A stretch of DNA of 64,000 bases from Octopus sinensis (GCF_006345805.1 NC_043003.1:25296001-25360000), one strand, 5' to 3'. Positions 48,616-62,189 are shown, counted from the stretch's first letter. Numbers and translations: made by a program. The notes: a model not told the origin generated them from the letters alone.

Positions 48616-49582
48616 AGTGAATCTATTGCAACAAATATTAATATGAATTATATATCCTTGGTGAATCAATTGATTTCTTATGATGACTGACTTCACATTG
48701 ATACAAAGATATGATTTATTCAGTTATTTTCAGTGTCTGAACACAAACATCAATATTTTCTTTCTATATTTCTTCTGAGACTTAAACAATTTCCTCTTCA
48801 AAACCTTCTACTTCCATCATACAGCACAAAATTATTTTTCCTGCTTTTTTTAATGTGATTTAGAATATATTTCTCTCACTATATTTTTCCACCACAACAC
48901 TGTTGTCTTTGACATATTTTGAAGATGTTTCAAACAATTGATAACAAAATTATAAATAACAATATAATCACTTCTGAAGTAATTGTTTCAAGAGGATTAA
49001 TTAGAATAGAACTCAATCTTATAATAAAAAGCTAGTAAATTAGGAAAAAAACCCCAATAATAGCTAAAATATCTCTACTTGTCAACACAGATCCATACAT
49101 TCTTGTTCATTCAAATACTCATAGTGAATTATTCAATCCAGCACACATTTCGAGGTAATTAATATTTATACTGAGGTTAGTTTCAGTTGAAAGGAAATCT
49201 TTCACAGTATTTGTAAATGAAAGATGAATACTTGATAAAAAAAATTACTATATACTGTCAATAGAAGGTATTTGGGGAAAAAGGTAGATTTACAAAGGTG
49301 TTTGAAAATAAATGTGGAAGATCAGATTTCACAATGAAGTGTTTCTAAGAAGCGGTGATAAAAAAAACCCCAACATAACTAGTGATTTGCTGTATTCCAA
49401 CAAATCTGTGTTTGCTTCATAAAATATGTATTAAAATGCTGAGGATAATGATCTTGATGAATTAAACCCAGGATTTCTGCAAACATATGTTCTTCATAAA
49501 GTCTTCTTGTTATCTTCAAAAATTGATGAACATATCGATGCATCTGAATTGTAAAGTCTTCAGGCCCATTTCACATGATAAC

Positions 49583-49600
49583 CTGAAATAGAAAAACAGT
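49583..49600 (-). promoter_or_regulatory. Putative splice acceptor, ZNF-5 (CTGTTTTTCTATTTCAG|GTTATC)
   Basis: Homologous to the ZNF-3 acceptor, including the downstream exon sequence. Confidence 0.68.
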
Positions 49601-49627
49601 ATAATATACATGATTATTTAATATTGG

Positions 49628-49835
49628 TTTTAAATTTTGGCACAAGGCCAGCAAGATGGAGGGGGGGCAAACTAATTACATCAACCCTGGTGTTCAACTG
49701 GTACTTATTTTATCAACGCCAAAAAGATGAAAGGCAAAGTTGATCTCAGCAGAATTTGAACTTAGAATGTAAAGACAGGCGAAATACTGCTTAGCATTTT
49801 ACCAGCATGCTAATGATTCTGCCAGTTCACTGCCT
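49628..49835 (-). mobile_element. Family-B SINE (tail B2)
   Basis: Shared B core and the GGTTTTAAATTTTGGCACAAGGCCAGC tail. Confidence 0.8.
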
Positions 49836-49959
49836 TATAACATCATTTAATATTAGCTTGAAAGTGTTATAAATAATTTACATCAACTACTAAGTTTGGT
49901 AGACAAACTATGCTAATTCACTTCACATTTATTTGATTGGATTAAATTATAAGTGAATG

Positions 49960-50252
49960 CACAATGGCCCAGTGGTTAGGGCAGCGGACTCGCAGTCGGA
50001 GGATCGCGGTTTCAATTCCCAGACTGGGCGTTGTGTGTGTTTATTGAGTGAAAACACCTAAAGCTCCACGAGGCTCCGGCAGGGGGTGGTGGCGACCCCT
50101 GTTGTACTCTTTCACCCCAACTTTCACTCTTTCTTCCTGTTTCTTGAGTAACGCTGTGATGGACTAGCGTCCCGTCCAGCTGGGAGAAACACATACGCCA
50201 TAGAAACCAGGAAACTGGGCCCATGAGCATGGCTAGGCTTGAAAAGGGCGCA
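49960..50252 (+). mobile_element. tRNA-derived SINE with a different head and the E2 tail
   Basis: A box TGGCCCAGTGG, B box GGTTTCAATTCC and tail GATGGACTAGCGTCCCGTCCAGCTGGG...GGCTAGGCTTGAAAAGGGCGCA. Confidence 0.8.
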
Positions 50253-50784
50253 TAAATTTAAAAAATTAATTACAAACTGTGAATCATAATGATATAATTT
50301 TATTAGTAGAAAACTTAATTTCAAAATCTTTGAGCAGGTCTTTAAGACTATCATAATATACCAAAGGTGGTGAAACTACAGCTTATGAGTAGCATGATGA
50401 GACAACAGCTAAAGTATATAAAGCTGTGGCAACCTACTATGACTTGCCACTCTGTGATAGATTGATGGAAAGGAATTATCTCTCAAGGCATGTGACACAG
50501 TTTGTCTCTTTGTATGAAGAATAAAGGGAGAAAGTGAGACTGCTTGAATTACAGTGGCATTTCTTTATTTGTCCATAGATGGTAAAACAAGACCGTTCCT
50601 GAAGAGACTGATTCCTTCATTCATGCAAGAAAATATTTTTTAAACTTAGGTTTAGTCAATACAAAAACACAATGAGTGGTTGGAATATTTTCATTCTTCA
50701 TTTTTTTACTATTTAACCTTAAAATACATCGTACATATTCAAAGAAATCTTCTTGGTTTAGTGGTACAGGACATTTTTCTGGTA

Positions 50785-51000
50785 TTCTTTTACTTGTTTC
50801 AGTCATTTGACGGTGGCCATGCTGGAGCACCACCCTTTAGTCGAAGAAATTGACCCCTGGACTTAATACCTGTAAACCTGGAGCTTATTCTATCAGTCTC
50901 TTCTGCTGAACAGGTAATTTATAGGGATGCAAACGCACCAACATCGGCTGTCAAGAAATGGTGGTGGTGGTGGGACAAACACAGACACAAACACACATAC
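50785..51000 (-). mobile_element. 3' half of a family-A SINE
   Basis: TCTTTTACTTGTTTCAGTCATTTGAC..GGCCATGCTGGAGCACC is the reverse complement of the family-A tail. Confidence 0.75.
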
Positions 51001-51009
51001 ATACAGATA

Positions 51010-51480
51010 AGGTGGTCAAGCATGAACTTCAAACATTGGGTCTCACAGAGGCAATGACGAAAGACCAAGACCTCTGGAGATATGCTGTGACTGCAAAGAC
51101 CTGACAAATAACGTGAGTTCATGGCTGTTTCCTGCACCAGCTTCACATAGAAGCCCCAGCCCATCCAAAGTGCCTTGGATCACAGGACGGCCTGCTGTGC
51201 TTACCTTGGATCATAGGGCAACCTGCTGTGCTTGAGGAGACCTATTGAGTCAAGTACATCACCATCAAAAAATCAAATGGAAATTGTAGGTTGTGATACC
51301 TGTGCCAGTGGCGCGTAAAAAGCACCATCCGAACGTTGCCGATGACAACACTGCCTTGACTGGCTTCCGTGCTGGTGGCACGTAAAAAGCACCAACTGAT
51401 CGTGGCCATTGCCAGCCTCCCCTAGCACCTGTGCCAGTGGCACGTAAAAAGCACCCACTACACTCACGGAGTGGTTGGCA
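51010..51480 (+). mobile_element. R1 LINE ORF2 end plus 3' UTR (3 minisatellite units)
   Basis: CATGAACTTCAAACATTGGGTCTCACAGAGGC matches the 9410 region, and there are three CGTAAAAAGCACC units. Confidence 0.78.
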
Positions 51481-51596
51481 TTCATGCATTGTTTATCTTG
51501 ATATGAGATCACCATGTCGCACATATATGGTTGTGATGCATGTGGTTGGTGTACTCTTATCAGACGGGTAGTCATGATGGGTATACTGGGCTGGAT

Positions 51597-51827
51597 ACAG
51601 ATTTTTTAATTAATTTCTTTTTAAACTAGACAGTTTGAAACTTTGAATACTGGTAGAATTTCTCACGTAGAACACGGTTTACTCTGAACGTTTTTGACAA
51701 AATTTCGTATTTTAGAAGTTATTTCGTGTTAAAGTTGTCGTATTTGGGTAATTTCAACAAATCAATTCTACCAGTATTCGAAGTTTCAAACTGTTTAATT
51801 AAAAATAATAATAATTAAAAAATCTGT
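51597..51827. mobile_element. MITE with imperfect TIRs of about 65 bp
   Basis: ACAGATTTTTTAATT...CAGTTTGAAACTTTGAATACTGGTAGAATT versus AATTCTACCAGTATTCGAAGTTTCAAACTG...AATTAAAAAATCTGT. Confidence 0.8.
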
Positions 51828-51849
51828 GATTGAGATGAAATAGATTCCA

Positions 51850-52115
51850 GAAGGATGAAAGGCAAAGTCGACCACGGTGGAATTTGAACTCGGAACGTAA
51901 AGACGGACGAAATGCCGCTAAGCGTTTTGTCCGGCGCGCTAATGATTCTGCAAGCTCAAATAATCTTTTCTACTATAGGCACAAGGCCTGAAATTGTGGG
52001 GAGAGGACAAGTCGATTACGTCAACCCCAGTGCTCGACTGGTACTTATTTTATCGATCCTGAAAGGATGACAGGCAAAAGCAATCTCGACAGTATTTGAA
52101 CTCAGAACGTAAAAC
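51850..52115 (-). mobile_element. Two truncated family-B SINE pieces
   Basis: B head and core at 51850-51958; B3 tail (CTACTATAGGCACAAGGCCTGAAATT) plus core at 51962-52115. Confidence 0.75.
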
Positions 52116-52289
52116 GGAAAGAAATAAAAATTAACGATGATTTCTTTTATTTGCCACAAGGATGACAATACAAAGACAGACATGAAGAGCGAGGATTTGC
52201 ATAGAATGGAATGGAAAAGAATATAGGAAGTATACGTGGTATACAATTAACAAATGAAAAGAAGTACACGATATAATAATAATACTTAC

Positions 52290-52573
52290 AAATCAAATAA
52301 TCCAAATGTAAAATATTGATAGATGTCTTTTTACTGTCAGATTTAAAGTCTACGAAAGCAAACTCAGCGTCACCCATACACAAAATATCACGATTTTGAA
52401 TTTCTTTACCCACAAAAAAAAAAATCATAAAGCAGACATTATCAATGTCTTTGTGTTGACAATTATTATTAATTCCTAAACAAGTTCACCTGACATCTGA
52501 ATTGATAAGTGCATTTATTCTAAATAATGTTTGGAGATTATCGACAATAAACGATCAGGGGAACAAACTCTTT
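52290..52573 (-). promoter_or_regulatory. Promoter motif and putative non-coding exon 1 of ZNF-5
   Basis: CAGGGGAACAAACTCTTT at 52556-52573 and donor TTGATTT|GTAAGTA (GT at 52289-52288). Confidence 0.72.
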
Positions 52574-52734
52574 CATCGCGCGCGCACACCTTTGTATGAA
52601 ATAAAGAAACAGAATGAGAGAGAGAGAAAGAGAAAAATGGAGAAATGGGAAGTAGAGGAAAATAGATGGGGAGGAGAGAGAGCCTGAAAGACAGAGAAAG
52701 AGAGAAAATGGGTAAAATAGATAGATATATGTTT

Positions 52735-52945
52735 CTTTATTATCCACAACGGACCAAACAAGGACAGACAAAGGGATTAAGTCGATTACATCGACCCCAA
52801 TGCGTAACTGGTGCTTAATTTATCGACCCCGAAAGGATGAAAGGCAAAGTCGACCTCGGCAGAATTTGAATTCAGAACGTAACGGCAGACGAAATACGGC
52901 TACGCATTTCGGCCGACGTGCTAACGTTTCTGCCCACTCGCCCCA
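52735..52945 (-). mobile_element. Family-B SINE (tail B1)
   Basis: Near-identical to 10413-10633. Confidence 0.88.
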
Positions 52946-52955
52946 GATAGATATA

Positions 52956-53851
<896 letters not shown>

Positions 53852-54116
53852 TATAGAGGCCAAAATCATTCCACATCCTGAAGATAAGACTGAGATAGTC
53901 TGTAAACGCTAATAAATATGGTATACTATGAAAAAGTATTGAGTGATCCTTCAATCCAATGTTCAACTGGTTTCGTATATAACTTTACAAAGAAATTAAC
54001 ATTAATAAGTGGGAAACTGATGAGTAAGATCAGCTGAAATGGATCTATAATACTGTATACTCTGATTAATGTACCCACTCTACTGACAAATAATTTTTCT
54101 GACTTATAGATTCTCA

Positions 54117-54156
54117 GAATGAATGAATGAATGAATGAATGAATGAATGAATGAAT
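54117..54156. repeat. (GAAT)n microsatellite
   Basis: About 10 GAAT units. Confidence 0.95.
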
Positions 54157-54521
54157 GTATGTACATACATATGTCTGTCTATATTCCAAGTTGATGACTT
54201 CAACAACAGCTCCACATGACAGTTTGATGATAAGATTTGCTTACAAGTACATTTTATATCTGTTTTATTAAACCCTCTTTACCAATGGTATATATACAAA
54301 GCTACGATTGACAGAAAACTTTTGTTGCTGACCAAAACAGAAACAAATGTAGAATTTTCAAAGAACAGTAAAGTCATGTTGAAAGAAAAGTAACGCAAGA
54401 TCATTTATTACAAATTTATTTGATTTTGAAAATGATTTCATTGTTTCATAATTATTTTTATCAAACACTGTGTCAGTTTAACCAAATATAAGAGATCAAC
54501 TACTTGTTTGTTTACGAAAAG

Positions 54522-54748
54522 ACCAGCAGTTGCCTATGCATGCCAGCCTCTCCTCTCCACACCACCAGTATTATCCAAGGGAAAGGCAAAGGCCAATACA
54601 GTCTGGCACCAGTGATGTTGCAACTCATTTCTACAGCTGAGTTAACTGGAGCAATGTGAAATAAAGTGTCTTGCTCAAGAACACAACGCAGCCTGGTCCA
54701 GAAATCAAACTCACTACCTCATGATTGTGAGCCCAATGCTCTAACCAC
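54522..54748 (-). mobile_element. tRNA-derived SINE, family E1
   Basis: Homologous to 30833-31066. Confidence 0.82.
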
Positions 54749-54827
54749 CGAACCATGTACTTTCACAGTAGGAATATTGTTTTTGACCATGTTTCCCTAC
54801 TAGGTGGAGAGAAGATACAATATTCTT

Positions 54828-55035
54828 TTCTACTCTAGGCACCAGGCCTGAAATTTTTGGGACATGTGATCAATTAAATCGACTCCAGTACACAACTGGT
54901 GCTTAATTTATTGATCCCAAAAGGATGAAAGGCAAAGTCGACCTTGGAAGAATTTGAACTCAGAATGTAAAGACAGACGAAATACCGCTAAGCATTTTGC
55001 CCAGCATGCTAATGTTTCTGCCAGCTCACCACCTT
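54828..55035 (-). mobile_element. Family-B SINE (tail B3)
   Basis: B core plus the CTTTTCTACTCTAGGCACCAGGCCTGAAATT tail. Confidence 0.82.
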
Positions 55036-55209
55036 GGATAGGAGATACAATATTGGCAACAAGATGGAGATACCTGAATAGAAGTAACATGAAACCACTG
55101 AAGTACATGGAGATGAGACTATAGAAGTAATCAAAGAAAAAAATGGAGTGAGGAGGCAAAACATCTGTGCATCAGAGGATGAGGTATGTTGGTGATTGAT
55201 TTTATTTCT

Positions 55210-55500
55210 TTGATACAGTCTAGGATGTCTATATGTGTAGTAACAATACTGTCTTCAATGAGAGAGTTGTATACTATTGTAGGTTTCACTTGAGCTATAT
55301 AGTAGCTTCGTAGTTATTGGGAGACAAGTATTTTGCGACCTCAAAGATGCAGGTCTGTCTTTGTAATATTGCTGTTGACATGTTGAAGATATGTGATTGT
55401 AATGAAGACATGTGATCACCAGGAGAGATCAGTATTGAGGAGGTCTAGCATTTGGAATAACCTTGAGGATTCTAGTTGACAGAAAATGCCTAGCACAAAT
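55210..55500 (-). mobile_element. Highly degenerate CR1/Jockey-like LINE fragment
   Basis: Shares CAGGAGAGATC...AGTATT...CTAGCATTT with 40840-40870. No clean frame. Confidence 0.4.
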
Positions 55501-55975
55501 ATCGCAATGGTCATTAGCATTTTTATATATGTTTGTCTACACTGGCATCGGATGAGTCAATTAAACCCAACTCCTCAGTAAATGTTCTCATCTATGAGGA
55601 CATATAAAATAATAGTTAAGCAGTTACTTTGCCACAGATTACCTGTACATGCAAATACAGACACTTGACAAGTTTGAGATAAATTACGATTCTGGCAGAA
55701 TATTTTTCAATAAATATCAATGTATAGTTTCCCACTTCCCCTCATGTTCAACTTTATGGGCAAAATAATGGCTAATTTGAGGGAATTAACTCATGTTTTT
55801 AGGTAGATGAATAACCACAAATATCAATGACCGTTTATCTTTTGCATGAAAGACTGTGTTTAATTACCTGAAATATATAAGGGTTTTAACAAACCACAGA
55901 TATGCCCTCTCTTTAGTAGATATTAGTGTCTGATTACATGCCTTTTGTTGAGTGAGAGCTTTATCACAAATATCA

Positions 55976-57106
55976 CTAGGATGGTTTTTCTTCAGTATGA
56001 GTATGTTGGTGTTTAGTTAACTGACTTCTTTGAGAAAATGATTTAGTGCACACATCACACTGATATGGCTTCTCTCCAGTATGAACACGTTTGTGTCGAG
56101 TAACTTGGCTTCTACCAGTGAATGATTTGCCACAGACATCACAGTTGTATGGCTTCTCTCCAGTATGAACAAGGTGGTGTGTTGTTAGGTGACCTCTTTG
56201 AGAAAATGATTTATCACATATATCACACTGATAGGGTTTCTCCCCAGTATGAATACGTACATGTTGTATTAAGGGACTCCTTTCAGAGAATGACTTTCCA
56301 CAGATATCACACTTATATGGTTTCTCTCCTGTGTGAACACGTATGTGTGTAGTTAAAATATGGCTGTAAGCGAATGATTCACCACAAATATCACAGCGAT
56401 ATGGCTTTTCTCCTGCATGAATATTCTTGTGTGAAGTTAAGTTAGTACTTCGAGAAAATGACTTCCCACAGATATCACAATGATACGGCCTCTCTCCTGT
56501 ATGAACACGTTTGTGTATTATTAAGCTACAACTTTGTGAGTATGATTTATAGCATATATCACAATGATATGGCTTTTCTCCTGTGTGAGTATGTTTGTGT
56601 ATGGTCAGGTAAGATTTCTGAAAGAATGATTTACCACAGATATCACAGTGATATGGCTTCTTTCCTGTATGAATTTGTATGTGTGTATTTAGATTACTTT
56701 TCTGAGAAAAAGATTTACCACATGTGTGACAATCATATGGCTTCTCTCCAATATGAATATGTTTATGAGATGTGAAAAGACTTCTTTGAAAGAATGACTG
56801 ACCACAGATTTTGCAGAGATATGACTTCTCTTCTCTATGAATACATTTGTGTTGGGCTCCTTGACTTGTATCATATGATTCACCACAGATTTCACAGGGA
56901 TAGGATGTTTCTCCTGCGATAATATTTTTGTGATCAGATAATGCATTGCTCATAATGAAACTTTTGCCACAAATATATTTAGTATGAAGTATTGATCCTC
57001 CATTAATTAATTTATGTTCAGTTAATTGATTTTTTATGATGAATGACTTTACACCAATGTCACACAGAAATGGTTTCTTCAGTATCTGATCACAGCATTT
57101 ATACAT
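55976..57106 (-). CDS. ZNF-6: C2H2 zinc-finger protein, 376 aa, 10 intact fingers preceded by about 3 degenerate units
   Basis: Uninterrupted ATG-initiated ORF. The N-terminal units lack Cys or His ligands or have altered spacing. Confidence 0.92.
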   Translation of the reverse strand: MYKCCDQILKKPFLCDIGVKSFIIKNQLTEHKLINGGSILHTKYICGKSFIMSNALSDHKNIIAGETSYPCEICGESYDTSQGAQHKCIHREEKSYLCKICGQSFFQRSLFTSHKHIHIGEKPYDCHTCGKSFSQKSNLNTHIQIHTGKKPYHCDICGKSFFQKSYLTIHKHTHTGEKPYHCDICYKSYSQSCSLIIHKRVHTGERPYHCDICGKSFSRSTNLTSHKNIHAGEKPYRCDICGESFAYSHILTTHIRVHTGEKPYKCDICGKSFSERSPLIQHVRIHTGEKPYQCDICDKSFSQRGHLTTHHLVHTGEKPYNCDVCGKSFTGRSQVTRHKRVHTGEKPYQCDVCTKSFSQRSQLTKHQHTHTEEKPS

Positions 57107-57438
57107 ATGTATATAATTACATTATATGCAATTTCTTCTTTAGAATTTCTATTTTCATCACATTATACAAAATCATTTTTCATTCTTTCCTTTATCTTAT
57201 TTATAAGAAATATTTTTCTCCCTATAAGTTTGACAATTTCTTAAAAGGCTGCAGAAAAACCAAACAAATTATTTGAGTTAGTTGTTCCAATAGGATTAAT
57301 TATGATATACTTAAGCCAAGATTTACATGTAATGGTTTACGTGTATTCTTCATAAATTCTTCCTTTCCTTTTCAAAAGATGATAAATAAGTTGATGCAGC
57401 CAAAGTGAAAAATCTTTATGTCCATATTACCCGATAAC

Positions 57439-57455
57439 CTGAAGTAAAAAAGAAC
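57439..57455 (-). promoter_or_regulatory. Putative splice acceptor, ZNF-6 (TTCTTTTTTACTTCAG|GTTATC)
   Basis: Homologous junction. Confidence 0.65.
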
Positions 57456-57970
57456 AAGTTCATGTATAAGAATTAATTTAATACTAAGGTTGAAAGTTAT
57501 AAGAAAAGAAAAAAAAAGAACCCAAAACAGTCAAGTTTATACATTGGAGTGAAAAGGACCATTTACTCATCCTTAAGGATAACTGATGACTTGTGCAGTG
57601 ACTTTGTTTAAAATGAAAAGTTGCACACCATCAATCTCGCTACCTTATTCATAACCATCTTCAATCCAGTGGCAAGACCTGGTCGAGACAACTGGGGATG
57701 TGTGTGTCTGCACATGTTTGTAGGTATACATATTTCTGCATGTAATTCCAATAAATCAGGATTGCTCACCCCAGAGAGTAGGAAAATGCACAATCTATGT
57801 TGAGGTCACAATTCAACCAATTGCGTACATTCGGTTTGTAGACAAGAGTTAGGTCTTTCTTTGTTCGTGAATGCCAGCGAAAATAAGAGGTTACTTATTC
57901 ATTCATTGACAAAATTAATGACTTTCAGTAGAACACTGCACGTACGTAGTTTGTGATAAAAGGATATATA

Positions 57971-58356
57971 GGCGCAGGAGTGGCTGTGTGGTAAGTAGCT
58001 TGCTAACCAACCACATGGTTCCGGGTTCAGTCCCACTGCGTGGCATCTTGGGCAAGTGTCTTCTGCTATAGCCCCGGGCCGACCAATGCCTTGTGAGTAG
58101 ATTTGGTAGATGGAAACTGAAAGAAGCCTGTCGTATATATGTATATATATGTGTGTGTGTTTGTCCCCCTAGCATTGCTTGACAACCGATGCTGGTGTGT
58201 TTATGTCCCCGTTACTTAGCGGTTCGGCAAAAGAGACCGATAGAATAAGTACTGGGCTTACAAAAGAATAAGTCCTGGGGTCGAGTTGCTCGATTAAAAG
58301 GCGGTGCTCCAGCATGGCCGCAGTCAAATGACTGAAACAGGTAAAAGAGTAAAGAG
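57971..58356 (+). mobile_element. Full-length, well-preserved family-A tRNA-derived SINE
   Basis: Complete head, internal TA/TG microsatellite and GTAAAAGAGTAAAGAG tail, with CpGs retained. Confidence 0.92.
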
Positions 58357-58946
58357 TATGTAATCATGTATGTGTGATTGAATGACCATAAAACTAATCT
58401 TTAACACAACATAATTGCTACATTAATCTCTTCGTAGTATAAACCTACGTATTTTATATTTTTTCGTTAATATCTGCTTTCCCATGGATTGGACGGGGTC
58501 TTACTTGCAGCAGAATTTTATGGCCAGATTGCAGATAATAGTGTCCCGAAAGGAACCGAGTGTTTGATGGAGTTGAACACAACACAGCTAGATATTGCCT
58601 TACCTACAGAGCAGACTGTGGATCCGACCAGGTACTAGATTGTTACCTGATAGGTGAGTTTCCTTAATACAACTGATCCATAGATGATCGAGTGGCAGTT
58701 GATATCTGATAAGCACATGTGGAGAGCTAAGTTAAGCAACCCAAAATAGCTTTACAGTAATATATAAATTGTATATCTTGGTACGTATATATAAATGTCA
58801 TTTTCTTCCCATTTACTTTCGTTCCGTTTGTCTAATTCCTTTCGAAATAAAATCTCTCGTTTCGATCACTCATTACAATAGTTAATAACTAGATATAATC
58901 AAACTAATGAAGTTCATAGGATAATCGTCTATTCCTTTGTCATCCC

Positions 58947-58950
58947 TTTT

Positions 58951-58988
<38 letters not shown>
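58947..58988. repeat. (TA)n microsatellite
   Basis: About 20 TA units in ZNF-6 intron 1. Confidence 0.9.
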
Positions 58989-59043
58989 CACATATATCTA
59001 TTAATGTATGTGCGTGTGGATATATATATAAATAAATACTTAC

Positions 59044-59317
59044 AAATCAGTTTAGTCCGAATGTGTGTAAAATAGCAGTCGCCCTCATATTTTGAGTCTT
59101 AATGTTGTCCAAGAAAACAAAATCAGCCCCACCACACTCACAAAACTTCTTGAACTTGAAAATGCAAACAACAAAGTAAACAAAGACATTTATCAATGCC
59201 TGCCAATATTTCAGATCTCTACGTAAGTTTATCTCACATCTGATAACCGTGTGATAAACAATAATTATTGTTATTGCAGAGATTTCTACAATAAACTACC
59301 AGGGGAACTAACTCTTG
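59044..59317 (-). promoter_or_regulatory. Promoter motif and putative non-coding exon 1 of ZNF-6
   Basis: CAGGGGAACTAACTCTT at 59300-59316 and donor CTGATTT|GTAAGTA (GT at 59043-59042). Confidence 0.72.
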
Positions 59318-60407
59318 TTTTCTCTGCGAGAGAGAATAACTGTGTGAGAATGAAAGTAACGCGAAGGTAAAGAGATGGTTCCATCTTTCTGTATTTTCAG
59401 AGAGCGTCACAAATAGCAAAGGGTTTTTATGTTTTTTAGTCCGTAAATACAATTAACTCTTCTTGTTCTCGCCGAAGTCAACTTTGTCTTTCATCCGACT
59501 GGAGTCGATAAAATAATGTACCACTCAAGTACTTAGGTCGATGATGTCGACTCACCTCATACCCTAAAAATTATGGGGCTTATGTCTGAATTAGAGACCG
59601 TTATTTAAACCAGAGTAGCTCAAACTGAGTATGCTTACTAAAGGCATTTTATCTATAACCGATGCGTCCTTTTTAAGATGCTTGTGGCATTTGACTGCTA
59701 CTTCTAATTCACACCTCACTTTTCTGCTTGACATCTATTTCGTGTTATATTTTTGTTTTATGTCCTCCTACAATAGCAAAGAGAGCTTCTACGTGGTTGC
59801 TGGATATGCTAGTAATAGCAGCCAAATTGTCCTCATATCCCGACCTATCGTCTTGAAAAACGAAAGAACATTGTGAGTAATGTAACCCTAGGTACTCTCC
59901 CACCAAAAAACAGGATGGTCCTGGTTGGAACATCTATGATCATAAGTTTACTCCAATCATTTGTCTGTTGTTGCTTAATTCCATGGTTGGCCTGGAACTA
60001 AGGAACAGTATGTAAAAAATATACAAAGTTTCTTCAGACATCTTAAGGTAACAAATGCTAATATTTAGGCATTAATCTTGCACATTTTTTTTTTTTTTGC
60101 TATTTTCAAAAAAATTGAAACAAATTGATAGTCAAATACCCTTTTAAATCATTTATAAAATTGAAACATAGGTGCTTAGTGAATATCTCATGTTAAATTA
60201 ATGGTAATCCAGTGACTCAAACATAGATCCACAAATTGATTGTTTGCTTTTGTCAACATCACCTTCATATGCTGGTATCAGCATATGAGCCAACATTCAC
60301 CTTTTGGACCTAAATACAACAGCAGTTTATTCATCATATTGGTGTCAAAGGATGTGTCATCAAATGTGTCAACATAACCTCCATTAAGACCAATCAATGC
60401 ATTAGAC

Positions 60408-60733
60408 CAGGCCTGGCCAACTCGAATTACATTGCAGGCCACTTTAATCACAGAAAGTTTTTAAGGGTTGCTTGTATACTGACAGAATTGAAAGCATTCT
60501 GTTTTCTCATCCTATTATTACAATAATGAATGAATGATCATTGATTCAACATGAAATATTATCATTGCAAAAACAGTAGTATCTTTCTTTTTTACTTTTC
60601 ATTATAGTCTTTAATTTTTGATAAAAATTTTCAAATGTTTGTTTAAATAAATCCATTTCAAGAAAGTATCAAGTGGACTGCAAGATGTCTGCAGGCTGCA
60701 TACGGCCCGCAGGCTTCAGGTTGGCCAGCCCTG
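60408..60733. mobile_element. hAT (Charlie-like) MITE with a perfect 8-bp TSD
   Basis: TIR CAGGCCTGGCCAAC / GTTGGCCAGCCCTG, with TSD CATTAGAC at 60400-60407 and 60734-60741. Confidence 0.88.
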
Positions 60734-60855
60734 CATTAGACAGATGTTATATTAACAGGCACCTCTAGTTAGAGAGGAAGAGGGCCTAAACAGATAGGAC
60801 CATGATGCCTGTTCTGAGATCCCCCCAAATTATCTATATCTTTCTAAAAGCAACC

Positions 60856-61658
60856 CCATCCATCTAGATGCACTGGTGCCAACAGACATACCCTCATAAT
60901 CATCTTTATCAGTTAGCTAGTACACATATTTTATCAACAGACATGATGATATCACCACCATTTGGACAAATCAGCAATGAAGACCAACAATATCTTGATA
61001 GTACCTCTGGTCACAGAGTATTCATATGTAAAGGCTACAGGTTAATTTGTTGATATAATTACAAATCACTTCAGACACCTTATATAGAAAGTTTCGTTCT
61101 GGACACACATGGAAAATGTTAGCATCTATCCTCTGAATCAAGCTTGTTTACAGATTGATCACACCTGGTCATTACCACAATGGTATCTCATAATACTAGT
61201 ACTTCAGTTTCTCTACCAATGGTCAAGGAAACTAGGTAGGAATGAATGTTCAACAACCAACTCTTTTCATGTGACAGAAACATTCACTTTCTAAAAGCAA
61301 GCATAGGCTGCTATATTTTTTCTATGAGCAACAACCTAGGAAGTTATAATATTCAACATAATTCTACAAATTAGAAGCTTGATTTTGTCAACTGGCATCA
61401 ATAGACGTATCTTTGTGAGCATCTTTCAGAACAATCAACTGATGCGACAGTTATCCATCCATCCATCCATCTAGATGCACTGATGCCAACAGACATACCC
61501 TCATAATTATTTTTATCAGTTAGCTAATACACATATTTTATCAACAGACGTGATGATATCACCACCATTTGGACAAATCAGCAATGAAGGCCAACAATAT
61601 CTTGATAGTACCTCTGGTCACATAGGGTATTCATATGTAAAGGCTACAGGTTATTTGT
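60856..61658. repeat. Direct repeat of about 195 bp (60856-61050 and 61463-61658), highly similar
   Basis: CCATCCATCTAGATGCACTG...GGCTACAGGTTA(A)TTTGT occurs twice with few substitutions. Confidence 0.92.
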
Positions 61659-61689
61659 AAGAAATTCTAGCTCAACAGCTACACAAAGA

Positions 61690-61900
61690 AACAAGTGTAC
61701 CTGGCCTTTTCAAAGCCAACTGTTTCCACCAAAACTGCAGTATGCACACTTTGTTTCCTCCACTCATCATCATTGAAATGTTCATTTTCTCATGCTTGCA
61801 CGGGTCAGACAGAATTTGCTGAGGCAGATTTTCTACAAGTGGACGTTCTTCCTGTTGTCAACCCTCACCTGTTTTTGAGCAAAGTAATATTTCCTCATAG
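61690..61900 (-). mobile_element. R1-related LINE tail variant
   Basis: CATCATCATTGAAATGTTCATTTTCTCATGCTTGC tail; resembles 45770-45960 in reverse. Confidence 0.55.
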
Positions 61901-62189
61901 TGAATGTTTACATAAAGGACTTGAAATGAGAGACTACTGCTTGTACGGTGGTGAGACACATAACTATCCTGTGATGTCAAGACAAGAGGATACAAGCACC
62001 ATACACACATAATATACATATATTAAGAAAAAAGAGGTAGTCAGAATTTTGGATAATTATTTATTAGTGCTTTCATATTCGTTTACATGATTCATCAGAT
62101 GTGATTTTTTACAGAAAAGCCATGACTTTTTATATAAATCTGGAAGAGAATGTTCTTTTATCTATGTGTGTGTATGCATGTGTACAAGC

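Noticed and set aside
48616-48696. ORF-track start of ZNF-5 at 48696
   Set aside because: The codon is GTG, which is unlikely as a eukaryotic start. The first ATG at 48615 is homologous to the ZNF-3 and ZNF-4 starts.
57600-57810. ORFs at 57608-57803 as an extra ZNF-6 exon or RT fragment
   Set aside because: No recognisable motif and no homologous segment in the paralogous introns.
58590-58660. Two donor-like sites on the minus strand in ZNF-6 intron 1 (AG|GTAAGG, CAG|GTAAC)
   Set aside because: No matching acceptor was identified and there is no homologue in other cassettes; these are expected by chance.
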